Virus record (IMG/VR): IMGVR_UViG_3300049049_000146
Span: 67,216 to 131,215 of that record
DNA from: a virus
Taxonomy: Duplodnaviria; Heunggongvirae; Uroviricota; Caudoviricetes
Length of the DNA: 64,000 nt
Direction: 5' to 3' (one strand)
In this document: one piece after another, positions 1-9,813 of the stretch
Numbering within the stretch: the first letter of the stretch is position 1
Layout: every line of letters begins with the position of its first letter
Notes under the pieces: model-generated
Database searches by the model: none
The model's input: only the letters and a program-made list of their open reading frames with translations
Told to the model about the DNA's origin: nothing
Program-made: the position numbers and the translations under genes

Positions 1-609
1 ACTTCATCGAATTCAGTTACGCAAGGGCACTTGTCGCCCTTCTTCAGTGCAGCAGGCATCCTCGCCCCGTACCGCAGGTGCACGTGCCGAGGGACTTCCC
101 TCTCGCAATGACTTCGTCGAGGACTTCCAGGACCCGCTCCGTGGTCGTCGCGTGATCGATGGTGAACGCCTCCAGCAGCCTGCGGACGATTCGGCCTATG
201 TCCGGATGCATCGCACCGCGTGCGTGAATCAGGAGCTTCTGCATGCCGAGGGGCTTCTCGCCCTTCATGTGCCGGTCGTCGATGGCAATCGTCAGGAGCG
301 GCCAGTCATTCTCGACGGCATCTCGCCGCTGCTTCATCGTCCACGGGCCCTCGCCCTTGTACTGATGGACCGGATCGTTCTCGTGCTTCAGGTTTTCCAT
401 TTCACCCTCTCAGTACAGTGCGCCACGAATGGCGGTCGTCTGGTACCAGGCTTCCCGACCGCGCTCTTCAAGTTCACGGACGCGCCACTTGGCAGCCTGC
501 TCGGTCCCCGTAGTGCGCTCGTAGATGATGTGCCCCGTGCAGGGAGAAGCGTTACAGAGGTGCCCGTCGCCGGGCTTGCTCTTGTAGTAGACGAAGTAGT
601 TCTGTTCAC

Positions 610-1470
610 TCATACGACCCCGCTCAATTCCCACGGAGGGCGCTCAGACGTGAATCCCGCAGCGAGCTTATGCCCGCCACCACCGAACTTCTCTGCGATC
701 TTCGCCACGTCGAAATCGCCGTGAGCCCGCATCGAATAGCGGAAGCGCCCATCGGCATCCTGGTACCAGCCCACAGCGAAGTAATTCGAACGAGCCAACT
801 GATTCAGGAGAACGCTGGCGTTCGCGCCGTTGACATTCACCACCGGCACATTGTCGTACCCGCAGAACACCAACGAACGAACGCTAGCCTTACAGCTGTC
901 GACGTTCAGCTGCTCGAAGCGAAGAAGCGCCTTGCCGGTTTCGACGGCCAGCTTGGGATTCAGAGCGATTACGTCAGCGAGACCTGACCAGTTGTTGAAG
1001 TTGTCACGCGGCATACTCTGAATGTATGCGTTGACTTCCTTCGAGTCCGGAAGCTTCCACCGCCAGAGGTCGCGGTCTTCCACGTAATCGATGATTCGCT
1101 GGCGGGGAATGTCTTGATGGAACACACCCCAAGCAAGGCCCGCTCCGCTCTTGTTCATATCGAACGTAGCGAAACCGAAACCCTTACAAATCTCTTCCGC
1201 CGTCTTGTGGTGGTCGATGACCCGCAAGGATTTCGCACGTGCCACGAAGTTGAGGATCTTCTCACGCGTGGGGCAGTAGTCGAGGAAGTAAACCTCCCTG
1301 CCGTCAACGTCGAAGTCCGCCGTAGGCGGGTAGTGAGCGTCCTGGTAATCGGCAGCATCGCCGAACTTCAGCCAGGCGGCCCACGCTGCGGTCCACCCGT
1401 CGGCACAGTTGCCGTGGTAGACAACCAGGATCGGCTTGCGGTCAGTCACGAATTCAATCTCCTGATGCAC
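610..1470 (-). CDS. DHH-family phosphoesterase (NrnA/RecJ-like)
   Basis: 286 aa; DHH motif (VIDHH) and C-terminal GGGGH motif typical of the DHH/DHHA1 fold. Confidence 0.7.
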   Translation of the reverse strand: MHQEIEFVTDRKPILVVYHGNCADGWTAAWAAWLKFGDAADYQDAHYPPTADFDVDGREVYFLDYCPTREKILNFVARAKSLRVIDHHKTAEEICKGFGFATFDMNKSGAGLAWGVFHQDIPRQRIIDYVEDRDLWRWKLPDSKEVNAYIQSMPRDNFNNWSGLADVIALNPKLAVETGKALLRFEQLNVDSCKASVRSLVFCGYDNVPVVNVNGANASVLLNQLARSNYFAVGWYQDADGRFRYSMRAHGDFDVAKIAEKFGGGGHKLAAGFTSERPPWELSGVV

Positions 1471-2075
1471 TCTTCGACGTGCGTCTCGTTGAGTCCGGCC
1501 TCGTCATCCTCGCCGAAGAAGCTCGTCCTCACGAGATTCGCCATGAGCATTCCCATGTCGGAATCATCGTCGAGGATTACGAATCGGTCGACGATGTTGC
1601 CCTCGTCCATCTTCTTCCGGGCGACGTCGTCATTCCAGTCACGAATCCACCACCAGATCTCGTCGCCCCGGCACTCGTCGTTGGTCGTCTTGGACGGCGT
1701 CTTTGAGAGAAGCGTGAACTCCGCGCCCTTGCTCTGAAGCATGGCGCTCAACTCCCAAAGGTCCATGCCAATTCGCCACGAGGACGAAAGGACGACGACG
1801 CAGCCGGTCTCGTTGACGATGCGGTTGAGCCGCTTGATTCGCACAGGGTCCAGCATATTCACGTGCCAGTCCCAGCGCTCCTTGGCAACCTTCACAGGGT
1901 CGGCCTTCTCCCGAGCCTCCATCATCTCGGCAAGCTCGTCGAGCGTGAACGACTTCGGCCCCTCATCTGGCACTGCGTGCTGCTTGTCGGTCTTCTTCTG
2001 AGAAGCCACAATGAACTTCTGCGTATTGAGTACGCCATCGATGTCGAGGAACAGAACCTTCATGGCAGCCTCCAA
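1446..2075 (-). CDS. HAD-superfamily hydrolase/phosphatase
   Basis: 209 aa; N-terminal HAD motif I FLDIDGVLN (DxDG); SSSW motif II-like; preceded by the conserved motif and a GGAGG RBS. Confidence 0.6.
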   Translation of the reverse strand: MEAAMKVLFLDIDGVLNTQKFIVASQKKTDKQHAVPDEGPKSFTLDELAEMMEAREKADPVKVAKERWDWHVNMLDPVRIKRLNRIVNETGCVVVLSSSWRIGMDLWELSAMLQSKGAEFTLLSKTPSKTTNDECRGDEIWWWIRDWNDDVARKKMDEGNIVDRFVILDDDSDMGMLMANLVRTSFFGEDDEAGLNETHVEECIRRLNS

Positions 2076-2117
2076 ACGGAAAGAGGGACAGTCCAGCAGA
2101 GCCGAACCATCCCTCTT

Positions 2118-2136
2118 TACTATCTCCGGACTTTGG
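2118..2136 (-). promoter_or_regulatory. conserved intergenic motif copy 1 (CCAAAGTCCGGAGATAGTA on gene strand)
   Basis: 3 nt after the stop of 2140..3435 and ~40 nt upstream of the ATG at 2075; matches the consensus shared by 7 other copies. Confidence 0.5.
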
Positions 2137-2139
2137 CAG

Positions 2140-3435
2140 TTACTTCGCGTGCGCTGCTTGTACCGGTGTACGTTCCAGCTTCCACTTTTTGAATTCGACG
2201 TTTAGAGTCGGAAGCTCCCCTGTCTTGTTCTTCTGGTCGAAAAGCTGTTGCGCGACTCGGTTTACTGCCTCTGAACTAACCTTGAACGTAGGGTCAGTCT
2301 TCTTGCCCTCGTACGCGATCACACAAGCCTTCGTGAATTCGATTACATCGTAATCGCCGGGAGCGCGCTTTCCGGTGTCTTTGTCTACTTCACACACAAG
2401 ACATTCCGCCGCGTGAAGAAACAATACCTGACGCGCTCTTCCAGGATTATCAAGGAAAGAATCGAGGAACTTCTTACCCGTGCACGTAGTAGACGACGTC
2501 AGAATATCCAACAGCCACCTCGCAATTGCGTCTTCTTTGCACACGAGTTCATGGATGCTGTTGACGATTTCTTCGATTCGCTTATTCGTAGAGGTCCGCT
2601 TGTTCGTAGAAGGATCTCTTTCTTCTAACTTCGAGATGAGATCCGACAAACGATTCACGTAAAAAGGTGCTTCCAGAGCGGAAGGCGCCTTCTTCAAGAG
2701 AAGCTGACTACGCACGAAGTACAACAGGTACTTCAAGTGAGAAAGCTGGATGTCGCGCTCTCTTAGAGTCGAGAGAACATACTGCCGATCCGCTCTAAGC
2801 TTGTTCTCAGCGAGCTTGGCCAGCTTCATCTGGTGGTCTACCGATGGGGCTGCTTGCTCTTTTTGCTTTTCTTGCTCCTGCTCCTGCGCTTTTTTAGCCT
2901 TCGCCCGCTGGACGCGCACCTTGTGCTCTATAATTTGAGCCATTGAGCTGAGCAGTCGGACAGCGTCCATGTCTTCGCCGTACAAGTCTTCGCCGATCGT
3001 TTCAACATCGCGAAGCACCCACTCTTCATTACGGGTTTTCGTGATGTCGAATTCGACGACGACTCCAGATCTAACAGGCCGTAAGATATCTGCCGCCTGC
3101 TTGAGGTACTTACTGCTCAGGGGGAATCCGCACTCAGAGCAATACTGAGCGTTATCAAACACCTGGGTGTCACAAACGTAACACTTAGCCTGCTGAATCA
3201 AAGTCATCCGACGCCTCCTCCATTTACCAGTGAACTTCCCGAGCGGTTCGAAGTCGAACGAAGGTTCAGTCTCGTACCAGCGTACAAATTGTACTCGGAC
3301 GGTGTTCTCTGGCGTCTTTCCTCCATTAGGAGGAGGATGGGTCGCCAGCACCTGGCGAACTTTCTCCGCTAGAATGAATTCCTCGCCAGGGCTAATGATG
3401 TTCCGCAGGGCTTCGAGGTAATAACGCTCATGCAT
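2140..3435 (-). CDS. hypothetical protein with CxxC zinc ribbon
   Basis: 431 aa ORF with balanced composition; CYVCD...CSECG motif; coiled-coil KEQE region. Confidence 0.6.
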   Translation of the reverse strand: MHERYYLEALRNIISPGEEFILAEKVRQVLATHPPPNGGKTPENTVRVQFVRWYETEPSFDFEPLGKFTGKWRRRRMTLIQQAKCYVCDTQVFDNAQYCSECGFPLSSKYLKQAADILRPVRSGVVVEFDITKTRNEEWVLRDVETIGEDLYGEDMDAVRLLSSMAQIIEHKVRVQRAKAKKAQEQEQEKQKEQAAPSVDHQMKLAKLAENKLRADRQYVLSTLRERDIQLSHLKYLLYFVRSQLLLKKAPSALEAPFYVNRLSDLISKLEERDPSTNKRTSTNKRIEEIVNSIHELVCKEDAIARWLLDILTSSTTCTGKKFLDSFLDNPGRARQVLFLHAAECLVCEVDKDTGKRAPGDYDVIEFTKACVIAYEGKKTDPTFKVSSEAVNRVAQQLFDQKNKTGELPTLNVEFKKWKLERTPVQAAHAK

Positions 3436-3442
3436 GGGCGGA

Positions 3443-3652
3443 TTACTCGTCCGTTTTTACGAACTTCCTATCGATGCAGCAAGTCTGGCCATCGCCAGTG
3501 AACGAACCGAGCACGTGATTCTCGGGGACGTCGATGTCTCGCGCCTCCCAGATCGTGCCCTTCACTCCCGCAGCGATAGGCGTGAATTGCCATACGCCAT
3601 TCACGATCCTGAGAGCACGAACGGCGCCCTCAACGGTTCTTACCTTTTGCAT
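3443..3652 (-). CDS. hypothetical protein
   Basis: 69 aa ORF, co-oriented, abuts neighbours. Confidence 0.45.
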   Translation of the reverse strand: MQKVRTVEGAVRALRIVNGVWQFTPIAAGVKGTIWEARDIDVPENHVLGSFTGDGQTCCIDRKFVKTDE

Positions 3653-3959
3653 TGCTTCGCTCCCAAGCTTCTAGAGACAGACGCGTGTCTCGTTCTTCAT
3701 CCGATTCCCACGCAGGCAACTCAGTCCTCGGCGTGCGTGCTTTGGAGAAATCGTCCTTCACGTCATTCAGGATCTCGTCGATCTCGTGCGACGAATTCCT
3801 ATTGACCTTCGCCGTGCTGTAGTCAACTCCGCCGCGCGCATTCCGCTGGGCTACGTAGTCGCACTTCGAGCAGCCGTAGAACTTCGACTTTGTCTGAGAA
3901 TTCTCCAGCAGAAGAAACATCCCTCGGCAGGTGTCGTCAGCGCAGCGGTAGGTCGTCAC
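3630..3959 (-). CDS. hypothetical zinc-finger protein
   Basis: 109 aa; CxxC...CxxC. Confidence 0.5.
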   Translation of the reverse strand: MTTYRCADDTCRGMFLLLENSQTKSKFYGCSKCDYVAQRNARGGVDYSTAKVNRNSSHEIDEILNDVKDDFSKARTPRTELPAWESDEERDTRLSLEAWERSNAKGKNR

Positions 3960-4007
3960 GGTCTTTTAACTTCGCACGAGTTCTTTACAGACTCAGTTCG
4001 AACGCGT

Positions 4008-4139
4008 TCAAACTTCGGATTTCTTCTCCGCCTGCTTGAACTTGCCAGGGCAGTAGAAGCCACACTGTAGCTTTTTCCACTGCTGGTGCATAGGCATTCG
4101 GGCGCGCTTGCCGCATTCGCTGCACACAAGCTCCCGCAT
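4008..4139 (-). CDS. small zinc-ribbon protein (43 aa)
   Basis: ATG start MRELVCSECGK with GAAGAAGA RBS; the track extends this frame to a GTG at 4199 but that part overlaps another coding-looking frame. Confidence 0.4.
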   Translation of the reverse strand: MRELVCSECGKRARMPMHQQWKKLQCGFYCPGKFKQAEKKSEV

Positions 4140-4159
4140 CTTGATCTTCTTCGGCGCCT

Positions 4160-4300
4160 TCACGTGACGAAATGCTTCTGCTCGTCGCAGCGCGAGCACT
4201 TCATGACGTGGAGCCGGCTACCGTCCCAGGCATGATTCGCCTGGTAGTACGACTGCCAGTCGTGTCCGAGTAAGAAACAGATGAACTGCCACAGCTTCAT
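4160..4300 (-). CDS. small protein (46 aa, MKLWQFICFLLGHDW...)
   Basis: Not in the track (<60 aa); ATG overlaps the stop of 4297..4587 as ATGA; protein-like composition; coordinates approximate. Confidence 0.35.
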   Translation of the reverse strand: MKLWQFICFLLGHDWQSYYQANHAWDGSRLHVMKCSRCDEQKHFVT

Positions 4301-4587
4301 TGCTTTGACTTTCGCTTGCGCTCCCAATAGGCCAGACGCTGGGTCAACTTCCGCGCTTCAGTTCGCGTGATGTTGTGCGCGTCCGTGTATTCCAGATTAG
4401 GACCGCGATGATTGATGAACTTCTGGTGCTTTTCGCGTACCAAACACGGCGGCGTAAGGTCCCAGTACCCCTTAGATGCGGGATTTCTTTTGCGCAGGTC
4501 ATCGTCGGTGACTTTCTTCTTCACCGAATCCAGGAGTGTTCTGGCTCCCTTGAATGCGCGCCAAGCATTTCGTTCAGGTATGTTCAA
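4297..4587 (-). CDS. hypothetical protein
   Basis: 96 aa ORF; ATGA overlap with upstream gene. Confidence 0.5.
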   Translation of the reverse strand: MNIPERNAWRAFKGARTLLDSVKKKVTDDDLRKRNPASKGYWDLTPPCLVREKHQKFINHRGPNLEYTDAHNITRTEARKLTQRLAYWERKRKSKQ

Positions 4588-4844
4588 TCGTCGCTCCCGT
4601 ATCTCTGTCGGTGCGTGCGGCTGAACTTCGATGTGCGGTACAGCTTCTTACGCTTCCGGGAAACGGACTTGCGTTGCTCGTCGACAACGAACTGGCCGTG
4701 CTCGTTGACAAACTGTTTCTCTGGCTCGTAAATGCGCGTGCACCTAATGATGTCACGCGACTTGATTGGCTCAGAGAACGGACGGCCGACCGTGATGTGC
4801 TTAGTCGGGTGTCTCACAGCGACCATTCTTTCGTTACCGTCCAT
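4584..4844 (-). CDS. hypothetical protein
   Basis: 86 aa ORF, basic. Confidence 0.5.
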   Translation of the reverse strand: MDGNERMVAVRHPTKHITVGRPFSEPIKSRDIIRCTRIYEPEKQFVNEHGQFVVDEQRKSVSRKRKKLYRTSKFSRTHRQRYGSDD

Positions 4845-5004
4845 AGTCTACGATGAGCAGAAGTGTGCCTCAGTTTCTTTTCCCTGGAATCAACTAGCTT
4901 TCGCTCGCCGTCATCAGGGCCAAGAAATTCATCACCAACAAGCGCGATCTTCTGACGAGAGAGTCGCGTCAGTCTTGTCTTCCTGTGCTGCGGAGTGCCC
5001 TTTC

Positions 5005-5151
5005 TCATTCACACGTGTCTTCGTGATCGATTTTGCAATCGTCACACATCGGCTCGCCGCACGCGAGACACTCGTCGAATTCACCGTCAGTGACCTCGGC
5101 GTGGCCACACTCGATGCACCGGTTACGATGCTTGTCGTTGTCGTCACTCAT
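5005..5151 (-). CDS. small Cys-rich zinc-binding protein
   Basis: Start chosen at MSDDNDK, overlapping the Nudix stop by 8 nt; CIECGH...CLACGEPMCDDC motifs. Confidence 0.5.
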   Translation of the reverse strand: MSDDNDKHRNRCIECGHAEVTDGEFDECLACGEPMCDDCKIDHEDTCE

Positions 5152-5800
5152 TGTCTTCCACTCCGAGGAGAGTCGTTGCATTGCGCAGTCTGTCAAGGAT
5201 TGCATCCTTGTTCCGAGCGTAGTCACGCTTCAGATAAGGTGCCGTCGTACCACTCTCCAGCATCCCAAGAGCCTTCTTGCAAATGCTGTGGAAGCGGGCC
5301 TTCGACGACTTGCTCGTACGGGACATCATGCCTTCGCTCTCTGCCGTCGCTGCGTGGAAATCGGCAAGGGCGAGAGCAATCGCCTCCATGTCCGATACAC
5401 CCCAGCGCGAGAAGAACACGCGATTGCCCGGGGCAAGCTCACGGAACCGGAGAATGTCCTCGGTAGTGAACCAGCCCATGCCCATTGCATCGAGGCACTT
5501 CGGCTGGAAAGTCTCGTCAGCCATGTAGACGTAGAACCAAATGGAGCACGGGCTCTTCATCTGCGGATGTTCTACGTGAATAATCTGCGGCCGGTCATCG
5601 AAAGCTGACGGAGGAATTTCGACGCCAAGCTCTTCGTGAAGCTCACGGCTCAGAGCATCACGAGGGTCCTCACCGGGCTCGACCTTGCCTCCGGGAGATT
5701 CCCAATAGAACGGAAGCTCTCGATGTGCTGCCCGCTGCTGCATGAAAATGCGGTCACCACGCATGATGATCGCAGTAACGACGTGGACTTCCTTGCTCAT
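5144..5800 (-). CDS. Nudix hydrolase
   Basis: 218 aa; canonical Nudix box GGKVEPGEDPRDALSRELHEELGV. Confidence 0.85.
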   Translation of the reverse strand: MSKEVHVVTAIIMRGDRIFMQQRAAHRELPFYWESPGGKVEPGEDPRDALSRELHEELGVEIPPSAFDDRPQIIHVEHPQMKSPCSIWFYVYMADETFQPKCLDAMGMGWFTTEDILRFRELAPGNRVFFSRWGVSDMEAIALALADFHAATAESEGMMSRTSKSSKARFHSICKKALGMLESGTTAPYLKRDYARNKDAILDRLRNATTLLGVEDNE

Positions 5801-5818
5801 CGCTTCTCTGCTTTCTAA

Positions 5819-5855
5819 CCCCCGAAGGGGGCCACGGCGTGGTTGCCTGCCGTGG
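5819..5855. repeat. two adjacent GC-rich hairpins (CCCCCGAAGGGGG; CCACGGC-N10-GCCGTGG)
   Basis: Perfect inverted repeats in an unusually long (~200 nt) gap between 5999..6403 and the Nudix start; weak U-tract. Confidence 0.4.
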
Positions 5856-5998
5856 CTCAGGCGCTGGATTGGGGCTCATTCGGCTGGGGGCACGTCGTCC
5901 AGTCACCAGTGCCTGCGTTGTCTGATTTGCCCTTGGCTTGTGTACAAGAGCAAATCGCCGTCCCTCCCCGACCTCTTATGATAAGCCTCTTTACAGGA

Positions 5999-6403
5999 TC
6001 ACGACACGTAGCACGAATACTTGTGCCCGACCCTGTCCATTTCTTCGGCAGTCGCGTGTACCTGGTGGAGTGCGTCGGCTAGGATGATGCCGCGCACCGT
6101 GCCCCGGCTAGGCTGCCATCGAAAGGGCTTGCGCGCCATTACCTGCTTGACGTCCGCATCGAATAGACCGTTCAGATCCTTCCAACGTTCGGCGTCAGCG
6201 CGAGTCGCGAACACGTATTCCTCGCACGGCAGATCGCGATCCTTGCGCAGGACGATGAACCCTCGGAAATCACCAGGGTCATTTGCTGTAGGAGCGCTAG
6301 CGAGGCCGTCACAGTAGTCGCACACCCAGGAAATGAACAGCTGGCGCATCTTCTTCGAGCACTTCTGACAGATCATATGAGCCTCATTTCGAAGGTCGCG
6401 CAA
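5999..6403 (-). CDS. hypothetical protein
   Basis: 134 aa ORF; CQKC...CDYC zinc ribbon at N-terminus. Confidence 0.5.
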   Translation of the reverse strand: MRDLRNEAHMICQKCSKKMRQLFISWVCDYCDGLASAPTANDPGDFRGFIVLRKDRDLPCEEYVFATRADAERWKDLNGLFDADVKQVMARKPFRWQPSRGTVRGIILADALHQVHATAEEMDRVGHKYSCYVS

Positions 6404-7043
6404 GCATCATGGCAAAGCCTCCGCGCTGCGCGAGGAAATCGCGGTGAATCTCAACCCACTCCTCATCGGGAGAAGTGCGAGCAGAACAGCTTACGAGAAC
6501 CTCTTCCTGAATCTTGGAGCCGAGCTTCTTGCCGGCGTCATCGAAAATCGGTACCTCTCTTGTGCGGAAGCCGCAGAGCATCACCCAATGGTCCGTCCAT
6601 AGGTCGCCGGTCTTACGGTAATTGACCCCGGTCAAACCGTAGTATCCGGCTTCGAGTGCCATTCGGACGTAACCAATCCAGCCACGGACCATCGTGCGCC
6701 CAGGCATACCGAACGCCAGGTCGCCGAATGCCGGGCGGAACTCGAAGGGCCAAATCGGAACCTCAGTGATGAAGTTGTCGATCAACCCGCGGCTCTTGGC
6801 TTCCCAGAGGACGCCCTCGACGTCGTAATTCGACAGAGAGTCGTACCCGTTCTTACCTTCGCGCGACCATCGCCATTGCTCTTCCTTGCGGGTTCGCGAC
6901 TTGGCGATCTCGTAGACCTCTTCAATGCTGAGGCCGGTCACACCAGCAGTCACACAGGCGACGCAATCACCGCCAGGATACTTGTGCGGGACCGGCTGAG
7001 GAATGACTCGACGCGGGAGAACGATCTCGACGAACTCGGACAT
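6384..7043 (-). CDS. hypothetical protein
   Basis: 219 aa ORF. Confidence 0.55.
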   Translation of the reverse strand: MSEFVEIVLPRRVIPQPVPHKYPGGDCVACVTAGVTGLSIEEVYEIAKSRTRKEEQWRWSREGKNGYDSLSNYDVEGVLWEAKSRGLIDNFITEVPIWPFEFRPAFGDLAFGMPGRTMVRGWIGYVRMALEAGYYGLTGVNYRKTGDLWTDHWVMLCGFRTREVPIFDDAGKKLGSKIQEEVLVSCSARTSPDEEWVEIHRDFLAQRGGFAMMLARPSK

Positions 7044-7052
7044 GCCTCCATT

Positions 7053-7559
7053 TTACAGGGAGCGCACAGCGTCGTAGACGCGCCGCCACATGTCCGGCGA
7101 CAGACCGTCCGGCGTGTACTGCTGGACCATGTAGATTCGAGTGTCGTCAGGCATCTCTGTGTTCAGAGACTCGCCTTCACGCTTGACGTAGAAATGATCG
7201 AAACCAAGAGCCAGGCCGAGGCCCAACTGCAAATAGCAGGCGAGTTCCTCTTCGTACTGCGCCACGCTATCCTCGACAACGACCTTCGGTCTTGAATTCC
7301 ACCGGTTCGGGTCTCCTCCAATACCGAACTCAGGGAGGAACCTACGCTCAGCAGGAGCAACCACGAAATGCGAAATGTCGTGGAGGTCCGTCATCACACC
7401 GTACAGGCCGGGCCTGACGACGAGGCTGTGCCCATCCCACGAGAACTCACGCTCGTAACGAGTAGCCTCTATGACGAAGTCGCACGTAGGATCGAGGCGA
7501 CGCATGATTCCGTACGCTTCACGGCGTACAGAACACCCTCCATCGGTGTACGTATACAT
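7053..7559 (-). CDS. hypothetical protein
   Basis: 168 aa ORF. Confidence 0.55.
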   Translation of the reverse strand: MYTYTDGGCSVRREAYGIMRRLDPTCDFVIEATRYEREFSWDGHSLVVRPGLYGVMTDLHDISHFVVAPAERRFLPEFGIGGDPNRWNSRPKVVVEDSVAQYEEELACYLQLGLGLALGFDHFYVKREGESLNTEMPDDTRIYMVQQYTPDGLSPDMWRRVYDAVRSL

Positions 7560-7563
7560 GGAG

Positions 7564-7794
7564 TCACCCGAAGAGAGTGAACGTCAGGAAATGAATTGCC
7601 TGAGCTTCCTGTTCGAGCTTGTCTGCGAGTGCACGCCCACTCAGGCCAGCATTCACGGTGCGGCCTTCGTAGATGTCTCGCGTCTCCTGTGTAGCATTCG
7701 CAAGCAGGTCGACGATCGACTTGCCCTCTCGGATTGCTTCGGCGATGCTGTATAGGTCTTCGACAGTCTGGTGATCTTCATCATGAGACGACAT
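7564..7794 (-). CDS. hypothetical protein
   Basis: 76 aa ORF. Confidence 0.45.
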   Translation of the reverse strand: MSSHDEDHQTVEDLYSIAEAIREGKSIVDLLANATQETRDIYEGRTVNAGLSGRALADKLEQEAQAIHFLTFTLFG

Positions 7795-7800
7795 TGAGAC

Positions 7801-8082
7801 TTACCCCAAAGGAAACTTCGGCTTTGGTAGTGCTGGCGGCTTTGCCGCAGGCTTCTTAGGTGGTGGCGGAGGGTCGCTCTGGTACTCGCCCATGAGTTTA
7901 CGGAGTTGGACGATTACGCGACCGCACTCCTCAGCGCGGATCATGAACTTCTCCACGACTTCTTCGCCGTGGGACTCGACGGCCTTGGCCATTTCTAGAT
8001 GGTTCTCTCGGTCCTCCGTCAATCTGTCGAGGAGGAACCGGAGTGTGAACCGGTCTAGTGGTGTTCTCCAATCATCTGGCAT
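7801..8082 (-). CDS. hypothetical protein (Pro-rich C-terminus)
   Basis: 93 aa ORF. Confidence 0.5.
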   Translation of the reverse strand: MPDDWRTPLDRFTLRFLLDRLTEDRENHLEMAKAVESHGEEVVEKFMIRAEECGRVIVQLRKLMGEYQSDPPPPPKKPAAKPPALPKPKFPLG

Positions 8083-8090
8083 AGTGGCAC

Positions 8091-8121
8091 CGTCAGGATA
8101 GTAGTAAATACTACCCTGACG
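8091..8121. repeat. long hairpin CGTCAGG-ATAGTAGTAAATACTAC-CCTGACG
   Basis: 7-bp outer plus 6-bp inner inverted repeat, about 10 nt upstream of the ATG at 8082. Confidence 0.4.
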
Positions 8122-8175
8122 TTTCCCATTATGCCGCGGCAGTCAAGTATCTGTCAATGAATCCTGGACAGATGC

Positions 8176-8421
8176 TCACGTTTCCGTAGGGGAATCCTCA
8201 CGCGGCGGCTCAGCGGGAGCCAGCTTCTTTTCCTCGACCTTCTTGCGCATGCTCAGGAACTTCCTGTACACGCCCTTGAATTCCTGGGAATTGAGCTTCG
8301 GCCCGAGGTCGATCTTGCCATCCCCGCTCTGCGCGGCGGTCAGGATCTCGTTCATGAATTCGATTTCCTCGAACGTGAACGAGTTGGAGACCCGGATCTT
8401 CGATTCCTTGATGAGCGTCAT
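8176..8421 (-). CDS. hypothetical protein
   Basis: 81 aa ORF; divergent from the plus-strand gene. Confidence 0.45.
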   Translation of the reverse strand: MTLIKESKIRVSNSFTFEEIEFMNEILTAAQSGDGKIDLGPKLNSQEFKGVYRKFLSMRKKVEEKKLAPAEPPREDSPTET

Positions 8422-8453
8422 CGCACGTTATCTTTCAGCTGGAGGGTTCGCGA

Positions 8454-9812
8454 ATGAGACTGACAGTTACAAACCTAACAAATTCGAGCATTTCGGTCGG
8501 TGGCCGCGTCGGCAAACTGCCCGCTGGTATTTCCACGACGACCACGTTGGATTTGACAGTTGACGAGCTTGAGAAGGTGCAGTCTCGTCTAGTAGCCTTG
8601 AAGGCTGCTGGTGTGATTCTTTTCACTGTGGCTGCAAATGCAGACACGAACGACAATCCTACCGAGGGCGTGACTGTCCAGTACATGCAGGACTACGTCA
8701 CAACGGCACTCGCGGGTGTAAGCGGGGGCGGAGGTGGCGGACCTACCTACATCGTTGGAAATTCGGCAGCAGGCGATACCTCCTCCAATTGTACGCACCT
8801 CGATTCCGGCAACGGAGACGCCCTCAGGACCGCTCTAGCTGCGGCAGGCGGCACCGGGGGCTCGGTGTTCGTTCGTCGCGGCACGTACACGCTCACGCAC
8901 GCTGGAGGAGCGACGGTAGTGCCAGGTAACGTAGACCTTATCGGAGAGGGTCAGGGAACCGTCCTCGCGCTACCCCGCAGTGGTGAAATCTTCTCACTCG
9001 ACATCAACGGCAGAGTTGAGAACTGCGCCATTCGGCAGACCGGCCAGCCTAACGGCGCGTTTGCATTCAGCACCAACCGATTCATCGAAATGCGAGGAGG
9101 TGCACGACTGAACAAGTGCCTTGTTGAAATCCTCGCAAACGGAGGAAGCGCGGGTAACTACGGCGGCTTCTACTCAATGGTCCGCATGTCGTCAGCCCTC
9201 GGCCTCGTGAGCAACTGCGTGTTCCGTGGCTATTCTTCGACGACTCTGGGTGCCGGCTTCGAGTGCTTGGGCGTCCAGGCTATCGGCGGATTCTGCGGTG
9301 TCGTTGATTCGACGTTCGGGGACACCGGCTTCAACGCATTCGATGTGCCCGTTGAACTTGGTGAAGCTTCGTACAACTACGCCAAGGGCTGCAACTTCGT
9401 CCGCACGACCATTCACGGCGTCCGCCTTGTGATGGTGTTCGACACGCAGGGTCAGCGTATCGAGGGATGCAACTTCGACGTACGAGGCGGAAACGGCGTG
9501 GGTATCGAATGGTTCGGCAACGGTGTGCTGCGCAACACGCTCATTCACGGAAACGTGATCTCTTGCGCAGCGACAGCGTCGCACGGAATCAACCTCTTCA
9601 GCACCTCGGGCACGAACGAAATCGACTTCCTCAGCATCCAGAACAACATGCTGGTTGGTGCTGGTGCGGGTATCGGAATCCGCCTCGCAGAGAGCGGAGG
9701 CGGACTCAACAGCAACGTCAATGAATCGCTGAACTCTGTCTACAACTTCGGCACGGCGCGAAGCATTGCTGCCACTGGCGGAGGTCTCACCCAGGTCGGC
9801 AATCTTCCCTGA
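8454..9812 (+). CDS. glycine-rich right-handed beta-helix (pectate-lyase-fold-like) protein; tail-fibre/depolymerase-like or moron
   Basis: 452 aa; the only credible plus-strand gene; GGAGGG RBS 7 nt before the ATG; repeated N/GC-x-F/I and IxN/IHGN PbH1-like beta-helix repeats; poly-Gly stretch. Confidence 0.6.
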   Translation: MRLTVTNLTNSSISVGGRVGKLPAGISTTTTLDLTVDELEKVQSRLVALKAAGVILFTVAANADTNDNPTEGVTVQYMQDYVTTALAGVSGGGGGGPTYIVGNSAAGDTSSNCTHLDSGNGDALRTALAAAGGTGGSVFVRRGTYTLTHAGGATVVPGNVDLIGEGQGTVLALPRSGEIFSLDINGRVENCAIRQTGQPNGAFAFSTNRFIEMRGGARLNKCLVEILANGGSAGNYGGFYSMVRMSSALGLVSNCVFRGYSSTTLGAGFECLGVQAIGGFCGVVDSTFGDTGFNAFDVPVELGEASYNYAKGCNFVRTTIHGVRLVMVFDTQGQRIEGCNFDVRGGNGVGIEWFGNGVLRNTLIHGNVISCAATASHGINLFSTSGTNEIDFLSIQNNMLVGAGAGIGIRLAESGGGLNSNVNESLNSVYNFGTARSIAATGGGLTQVGNLP

Positions 9813-9813
9813 G

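Noticed and set aside
5819-5831. CCCCCGAAGGGGG as a rho-independent terminator
   Set aside because: It is a perfect hairpin, but it is followed by UUAGAAAG on the gene strand, not a U-tract, and it lies only ~20 nt before a start codon. I kept it as a structural or regulatory element only.
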